From the IMG/VR virus record IMGVR_UViG_3300043688_000007: 64,000 nucleotides of DNA, one strand, 5' to 3'. Position numbers and translations under genes: made by a program. The notes below the pieces were generated by a model. The model searched no databases, was not told where the DNA came from, and saw only the letters and a program-made list of their open reading frames with translations. This document shows positions 58,615-64,000 of the stretch, one piece after another. Every line of letters begins with the position of its first letter. The first letter of the stretch is position 1. This stretch comes from a virus.

Positions 58615-61600
58615 ATGACTAGCCCAGTAGTCACTTTCTTGAATAATGCGTCCTCGAAGGTTGCGAATACCGGCATTACTACCAATGCCGCCTCTAGGAC
58701 GTGGAGTGTTGGCGACTTCCTGGTTGCGCACGTTGCCATGGACCCTACTTCTGGGACTGTGTCCTTTGGGGCAGTGTCTAATTTTGGTGCGTGGGCCACA
58801 AGCATTGACATAGCTCAGGGATCGGGCACGTCTGGGGTACGCAGTATCGTGTCTTACTGCCAGTGCACGACTGGGTTTACTGGCACCGTGTCCGTTACCG
58901 CTACGATACCGTCAACGACTGCTAAGTCAATGAATTTGTTCGTCGCTACTGGTTGCGACACCACGACTCCAGTACGTGGTACGCAACAAATAGCTAGCGC
59001 TACTAATGCTGGCATCTCGCAAACAGTGACCGCTGGGGCTAACATTGACGCTACTGCTATGGCGTTTGGTGGTTGTGAGGGTCCAGGCGGGTCATCTAAT
59101 ATTGTCGGGACCGGTGGCTGGCCTGTTACTGGACCCCAGTCGGCGTCGACTGCCGGCACCACGGGCTCGGGCTCGGCGTCCAATATATCCAATGCGTATC
59201 AAGGCGAGTCGAATACTAATGTCGCGGCTGGCACCTCTACCGGAACGATGCAGGCCTCCATAAGTGGCGCAGCTAATGCAGTAATTCTAGTCATATTCGC
59301 CTCACCTTCTGGTAGTCCCGTTACTTATCCAGTAGCAGGATCTAGCACTTCTGTTTCCTATGCGAATGGTACCGTTACGCAGCAGATGACATTGTCCGGC
59401 TCATCTGACACTACCGGAAGTGATTCTGCTAGCGGAACATTGTCGCTAAATGCACTGGTATCTGGTACATCTGACACTACAGGAATTGATTCTGCTAGTG
59501 GTACAGTAAGTATTGTTTCGCCGAGTGCCAATGTCACCCAGGTAGGCACTCCCGCTGCAGTTACGATTCAATCGGGAAGCAACACCGGCAGCGTTACTGG
59601 CGTCTGGGGTACGGGACAGAACCGGACGGCTGGTAACTTGCTAGTCGCTAACGTTACCGCGTATGGCACTACTACTTGCGGTGTTATATCGACTCCCTCC
59701 GGATGGACGCAGCAGTATCAGATTGCCTCGGCGAACGCGCACGCTCAGGTAGCACAGTTTACTAGAGTTGCAACGGGAGGGGACGCGGCGCCAACCTTTA
59801 CCGCGACCATGACTGGCACGGCGGCCAACGAGCGGATGTCATGTTCATTGTACGAACTAACTGGAGTAGGGTCAACTCCAGTATTCACGAATGGCAACGC
59901 TACGTCAGCCGCTACTCCGATGACGGTTACTTCCGGCGCAAATGTCCCTGCGTCCGGGTACTATGGATTGTCAGTCTGGCTTGCGTCCAATACGAGTGTT
60001 ACTACCACAACGATCGGAACTGGGACTGGCTGGACCAACGTATCGGATACCGGAGCCACCTCCGCGCGGACTCACTCGCATGAGGACATTATATCCAACC
60101 CCAGCACGGGTGCTGTCCTTTCCGAGCAGTCCTCGATGACAGGTACGGTCTCGGACTTCACTGGCGGCATGCTGGTCATCGCCCCGTCTGGTGGCACTAC
60201 ATATTCATTGTCTGGATCGTCACCTGCCTCATCTAGCGCCAATGGGACGCTTGGCCTTATCGGAGCTATTGCCGGATCTGCTCCGTCCTCTAGCGCAGCG
60301 AACGGAACCGTAACACTTTCTATTCTGATCAATGCCTGGTCTTCTACGGCTAGCGCGGGCAGCGGTGCTATAGTTTCTGCAATGTCGCTATCCGGCTCGT
60401 CTGCGGCCGCTAGCTCGGCTAGCGGTACTCTCGGAACACTTGGTGCTCTAGCCGGTTCATCTACCACTACTTCATCAGCTAGTGGTGCTGTTACCTTCCA
60501 GCCGATTGTCGGCTCATCTTCTACTGTCTCGTCCGCAGCAGGCACAGTAGTTCTGATCGGCGTGGTGGCGGGGAGTTCGGTTTCCGCGAGTACAGCATCC
60601 GGTGCTGTATCTCGGTTCTCTCCGTTGACTGGGCAATCCACCACCACGCCCCAGGCTTCAGGTTCTATAGTATTGGTCGGGCTGGTGTCTGGATCCAGCT
60701 CGGCCACGGCCACCGCGTCAGGCGCTTTGGGGGCAATATCACCCACAAGCGGAACCGCTGTTGCTACTCCCGGCCCAGCCACTGGCGCGGTGGCCATCCA
60801 AATGGTTGTTGCTGGGTCCTCGATTAGCGTTTCGAGCGCGAGCGGGGTACTATCGGCTACTGGCGCGGTGACGGGCTCGGCCATCGCAGCAACCTCAGCC
60901 GCTGGGGCCGTAGTCCAGACTCTGTCCCTGTCTGGTCAGTCCGTCACCGCGTCTCACGGGGACGGCGTATTTGGCTCCGCCCTCATTTCTGGTTCGGCAG
61001 TGAGCCAGACGTCGGCCAGCGGCGTAGTCACGCAAAGCCTGATTGTGGCGGGTTCAGCGACTAGTGTATCGAGTGCTAGTGGCTCGCTGGGCGCTGTCTC
61101 GCCGCTGGCCGGCTCATCATCAACCGTAAGCGCGGGGTTCGGAACAGTAACCGCCACGCTTGTTATCAATGGTTCATCAACCACAGTCTCCACCGCGTCG
61201 GGTGCCCTCGGCAGGCTTTCGCCCGTTGCTGGTTCGTCAACCGCAATCAGCTCTGCCACCGGCGCGGTGGTAATACAGGCTGGGGCCGTAACATACCCGC
61301 TTTCTGGTACGGCCCTGGCCCAAAGCGTCGCGAATGGATCCGTGTCCCTCTTCGCGGCGTTGACTGGCACATCAAGCAACGTGTCGGCAGCGAACGGCAC
61401 GTTGAGTCTGAAGGGCGTGCTAGTCGGCAGTGCGGCGTCGGTCAGCGGTGCAACGGGCTCCATCAGCCTGACCGGCGTCGTTGCTGGTAACGCCACCTCG
61501 GTCAGCACTGCTGCGGGCTCCATTGTGCTGGCCGGGGTGGTTACCGGATCTTCATTTACGCAGAGCCAGGGCTCAGGCTGGCTGGCCGGTGGGCCGATCT

Positions 61601-62208
61601 CCGGTACATCAAGTACAGCGTCTGTGGCGTCGGGCGCGATATCAGCCCGGCTAGTCCTAGCGGGTAGCAGCGCCAGCGTTAGCCAGGGCTCTGGTAGCCT
61701 GGCTATTGTTGGTCCGGCACCGCTAATCATATCTGGATTCTCGGCAACCGTTACGACCGCAAGCGGAGCGGTCGTAACGGTTATGGTGCTCTCGGGTAGC
61801 TCGCCTAACCTCTCGTCCGCGTCGGGTAGCCTCTCGTCCCACGGAGCCCTGACGGGGACCTCCTACGCTTACCCAGCGGGCTTGGGGACGGTCGTCCTGG
61901 TCGGCGTCGTCTCGGGGCGCGCGGATAATGTGGGCAAGGCGTACGGTAACCTGTCGCTGCTCGCCCGGCTATCCGGGTCGTCCGCGACACCGAGCCGGGG
62001 CGACGGCTGGATAGGGTTGCCCATCGTCGTAGGCTCACTACCCGACGAGGTAACTGCCATCGTATGGGTCAGTAACGAACTTGGCGCGGAGCTGAGCGTA
62101 AATGTCCTGTCGGCCGCGGTCATTGCGGATAGCGCGTCTGCGTCGATTGAGGTCGATTCCGCTGGGGCTACTATCGAAACTAACGAAATCCGTGCAACGG
62201 TAACGTAG
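58615..62208 (+). CDS. Giant (1197 aa) Ser/Thr/Gly/Ala/Val-rich repeat protein: two related N-terminal globular domains + about 30 copies of a 20-residue repeat
   Basis: Domains contain GDFLVAHVAMD... and GNLLVANVTAYG... From aa ~545 the repeats follow h-h-x-G-S-S-x3-S-x-A-x-G-x-h-x-h-x-x. The ATG has no good RBS. An in-frame GTG with a strong RBS lies 18 codons upstream, but a TAG intervenes. Confidence 0.8.
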   Translation: MTSPVVTFLNNASSKVANTGITTNAASRTWSVGDFLVAHVAMDPTSGTVSFGAVSNFGAWATSIDIAQGSGTSGVRSIVSYCQCTTGFTGTVSVTATIPSTTAKSMNLFVATGCDTTTPVRGTQQIASATNAGISQTVTAGANIDATAMAFGGCEGPGGSSNIVGTGGWPVTGPQSASTAGTTGSGSASNISNAYQGESNTNVAAGTSTGTMQASISGAANAVILVIFASPSGSPVTYPVAGSSTSVSYANGTVTQQMTLSGSSDTTGSDSASGTLSLNALVSGTSDTTGIDSASGTVSIVSPSANVTQVGTPAAVTIQSGSNTGSVTGVWGTGQNRTAGNLLVANVTAYGTTTCGVISTPSGWTQQYQIASANAHAQVAQFTRVATGGDAAPTFTATMTGTAANERMSCSLYELTGVGSTPVFTNGNATSAATPMTVTSGANVPASGYYGLSVWLASNTSVTTTTIGTGTGWTNVSDTGATSARTHSHEDIISNPSTGAVLSEQSSMTGTVSDFTGGMLVIAPSGGTTYSLSGSSPASSSANGTLGLIGAIAGSAPSSSAANGTVTLSILINAWSSTASAGSGAIVSAMSLSGSSAAASSASGTLGTLGALAGSSTTTSSASGAVTFQPIVGSSSTVSSAAGTVVLIGVVAGSSVSASTASGAVSRFSPLTGQSTTTPQASGSIVLVGLVSGSSSATATASGALGAISPTSGTAVATPGPATGAVAIQMVVAGSSISVSSASGVLSATGAVTGSAIAATSAAGAVVQTLSLSGQSVTASHGDGVFGSALISGSAVSQTSASGVVTQSLIVAGSATSVSSASGSLGAVSPLAGSSSTVSAGFGTVTATLVINGSSTTVSTASGALGRLSPVAGSSTAISSATGAVVIQAGAVTYPLSGTALAQSVANGSVSLFAALTGTSSNVSAANGTLSLKGVLVGSAASVSGATGSISLTGVVAGNATSVSTAAGSIVLAGVVTGSSFTQSQGSGWLAGGPISGTSSTASVASGAISARLVLAGSSASVSQGSGSLAIVGPAPLIISGFSATVTTASGAVVTVMVLSGSSPNLSSASGSLSSHGALTGTSYAYPAGLGTVVLVGVVSGRADNVGKAYGNLSLLARLSGSSATPSRGDGWIGLPIVVGSLPDEVTAIVWVSNELGAELSVNVLSAAVIADSASASIEVDSAGATIETNEIRATVT

Positions 62209-62218
62209 GAGTGACATA

Positions 62219-62545
62219 ATGGATATGGTGGCGCTATTCTTTAAGCAGGGAGACGACATTGTCGTTACTGCTCGGTACGCTCAGATACCAGATGGGACCG
62301 GCATGACGGCCTCGTTCTACATCAAGGATGACAAGACGACGTCAGACATAGACCCGAGCGTTCTGGTATACGATAGCGATGTAGTAGCTGACCCTGAAAA
62401 CGCGGGCGCTACCTTGTCGAAGTTCACGATCCCATCCGAGGACACCCAGGTAACTGGAGCATGGTGGTGGAAGATCAGGGTCTTCGATCCATTTAGCAAT
62501 GTGAGGACCGCTAATCAAGGTCCACTTCTCATCGAGGCGGTGTAA
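62219..62545 (+). CDS. Hypothetical protein (Ig-like-looking)
   Basis: AGGAG RBS. 108 aa. Confidence 0.55.
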   Translation: MDMVALFFKQGDDIVVTARYAQIPDGTGMTASFYIKDDKTTSDIDPSVLVYDSDVVADPENAGATLSKFTIPSEDTQVTGAWWWKIRVFDPFSNVRTANQGPLLIEAV

Positions 62546-62546
62546 C

Positions 62547-62786
62547 ATGGTAGCTGGACGCGAGGTATCGCCAGAGGACGTAGAGAATACAGAACGTCTG
62601 ATGCACTACTGGGCCGAGGGTAAGGGCGCAGCCAAGATACGCTGGGGCGTTCCCGGCGACTTCGACAGATGTCGTACGCATTTGAGCAAGTACGTCGGCC
62701 CTGAGGTTATCGACGGGCTCTGCTCGAATCTACACCAGCGAGCTACCGGCGCCAGGCCAGGGCACGCACCGTCAGAGCAAAGGTGA
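62547..62786 (+). CDS. Hypothetical head-module protein
   Basis: RLMHYWAEGKGAAKIRWGVPGDFDRCRTHLSKYV...GLCSNLHQRATG is a motif common near actinophage capsid genes (from memory). Confidence 0.55.
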   Translation: MVAGREVSPEDVENTERLMHYWAEGKGAAKIRWGVPGDFDRCRTHLSKYVGPEVIDGLCSNLHQRATGARPGHAPSEQR

Positions 62787-62818
62787 CCCGCGCGGATATA
62801 GAGCGTTTTAGCTAGGGC

Positions 62819-62847
62819 TAGACGTATCCGCGCAGGGGCGCTATAAT
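62819..62847 (+). promoter_or_regulatory. Promoter-like TAGACG-N17-TATAAT before scaffold/capsid genes
   Basis: GGCTAGACGTATCCGCGCAGGGGCGCTATAAT. Overlaps the inverted repeat gcgcggata...tatccgcgc. Confidence 0.5.
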
Positions 62848-62862
62848 CTACGCGAGCAAGGA

Positions 62863-63489
62863 ATGGGAATGAGCGAATCTGCAGTCGAAGGACAAGTTGG
62901 CGACACCGGAGTGGCTGAGTCTACCGGTGTTGATGCTGCAGGCCACCCTGAAGACCAGGAGGCCGAAGAGCAGCTTCACGAGGTCATGCAAGCTGAGGAC
63001 CCCGACGAACTGAAGAAGCAGCTAAACCACTGGCGCAAGACAGCCCAGCGGCACGAGAAGACCGCTCGGGAGAATGCTGCCGCAGCCAAAAGTTGGCGCG
63101 AGCAGGAGGATGCCAACAAGTCCGAACTACAGAAGGCGCAAGAGGCCCGGCTAGCTGCTGAACAAGAGCGAGATGCCTTGGCAACTCAGCAGAACCGGAT
63201 GCTCGCTGCCGCCGCGAATGACCTGTCACCCGACCTGATCGAGTACCTTGGCGATGGAAACGCTGAGGAGATCAATGATCGGGCAGCAACACTGGCCAGG
63301 CTCATTGAGGAAGAAGTCACCAGCAGGATCGAATCGCGCTCGAAGTCAACAGCGGGAAATGGTCGTCCGACCGTGCGTCAGCAGACACCTGTCGGCTCCC
63401 TCCGGGCTGGAGCGCAACCGTCCACTGGCGCCAACCTTTTGGGTCCTGAGCAGTTGTTCCGGCAGCTCGTTACCGGAGACGACAGCTAG
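62863..63489 (+). CDS. Capsid scaffolding protein
   Basis: Acidic N part, long coiled-coil (QKAQEARLAAEQERDALATQQNRM). Directly upstream of the capsid gene. ATG 62869 has better RBS spacing. Confidence 0.7.
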   Translation: MGMSESAVEGQVGDTGVAESTGVDAAGHPEDQEAEEQLHEVMQAEDPDELKKQLNHWRKTAQRHEKTARENAAAAKSWREQEDANKSELQKAQEARLAAEQERDALATQQNRMLAAAANDLSPDLIEYLGDGNAEEINDRAATLARLIEEEVTSRIESRSKSTAGNGRPTVRQQTPVGSLRAGAQPSTGANLLGPEQLFRQLVTGDDS

Positions 63490-63549
63490 CGCGAGCGCCA
63501 AAAATTAGCTAGTTTAGTTAGTATCCGCGCCCGCGCGGAAAGAGCAATA

Positions 63550-64000
63550 ATGCCCACGTACAACACGCATGTTGCGCGTACTACGACGGGCTCGGACCCG
63601 CTTATTCCTGAGCCGCTGGCAGCCAGCATCATCCAGGAAGCTCCCACGCAAAGCGCGGCCCTGAGCCTGATGAACAAGACAACCCTTTCGGCCAAGACCC
63701 AGCGCATGCCCGTTCTCGACGTGCTCCCTGTTGCGTACTGGGTCGGTGGCGACACCGGCATGAAGCAGACGACCATGGAACAGTGGAAGAACGTTGTCAT
63801 GGTCGTCGAGGAACTCGCCTGCATCGTACCGATCCCTGAGGCGTACCTAGACGACGCGGATGTTCCGCTGTGGGGCCAGATTCAGCCGCGTATCACCGAG
63901 GCCGTCGGCCAGCTGATCGACCTCGCCGTTCTCTGGGGGATCAACAAGCCCGTCACCTGGGGCGAGTCCGTGTTCGCGGGTGCCACCAAGTCGGCCCACA
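63550..64000 (+). CDS. Major capsid protein, HK97-fold type (3' end outside window)
   Basis: MPTYNTHVARTTTGSDPLIPEPLAASIIQEAPTQSAALSLM...LPVAYWVGGDTGMKQTT...LACIVPIPEAYLDDADVPLW is the typical HK97-family N-terminal pattern. Confidence 0.85.
   Translation, partial: MPTYNTHVARTTTGSDPLIPEPLAASIIQEAPTQSAALSLMNKTTLSAKTQRMPVLDVLPVAYWVGGDTGMKQTTMEQWKNVVMVVEELACIVPIPEAYLDDADVPLWGQIQPRITEAVGQLIDLAVLWGINKPVTWGESVFAGATKSAH

Noticed and set aside
60072-61730. Long - strand ORFs (270 and 258 aa) inside the giant repeat gene
   Set aside because: They are antisense to a strongly coding + frame. They stay open only because the GC-rich Ser/Ala/Gly codons lack stops on the opposite strand.
4589-62208. Diversity-generating retroelement idea (repeat region of the tail protein as variable region, giant gene as template)
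   Set aside because: No reverse transcriptase, no near-identical template/variable nucleotide pair and no adenine-specific mismatches. The two repeat regions are diverged at the DNA level.

Overview
The window is almost entirely phage DNA. It looks like a near-complete genome segment of a high-GC, siphovirus-type actinobacteriophage-like virus. I found no rRNA, tRNA, CRISPR array or integrase.

Layout:
1. 1-9.7 kb, + strand: 3' part of the tape measure gene, tail-tip genes and a lysis cassette.
2. 9.8-35.0 kb and 41.5-47.4 kb, - strand: about 70 tightly coupled early/replication genes. These include DnaE-type Pol III alpha, a ThyX-like enzyme, a TylF-like methyltransferase, a Cas4-like exonuclease, a Sak4-like ATPase, an SSB-like protein, endonuclease VII, HNH nucleases, a GmhB-GmhA fusion and many small ORFs.
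3. 35.4-41.1 kb: an inverted + strand island. It carries PrimPol, a DUF3987-like NTPase, an iteron/AT-rich ori-like locus, DUF559 and HNH nucleases, and a membrane-anchored Lsr2-like protein.
4. 47.4-49.7 kb: a 2.4-kb nearly gene-free hub packed with repeats, including about 45 helically phased TAGTCGAC-type decamers.
5. 49.7-64.0 kb: a compact C5 DNA methyltransferase (-), then + strand late genes. These are a methyltransferase, GT2 glycosyltransferase, terS, terL, portal, MuF-like protein, a 1197-aa 20-residue-repeat protein, scaffold and the start of an HK97-like capsid gene.

Most worth a second look:
- the phased decamer array and the paralogous protein pair associated with it
- the ori-like locus next to PrimPol
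- a dispersed sugar-modification gene set plus giant Ser/Thr-repeat structural proteins
- a divergent ThyX-centred nucleotide module
- recurring promoter and operator motifs
- a membrane-tethered Lsr2-like protein

All functional calls come from motif recognition by eye and gene order. No database search was run.
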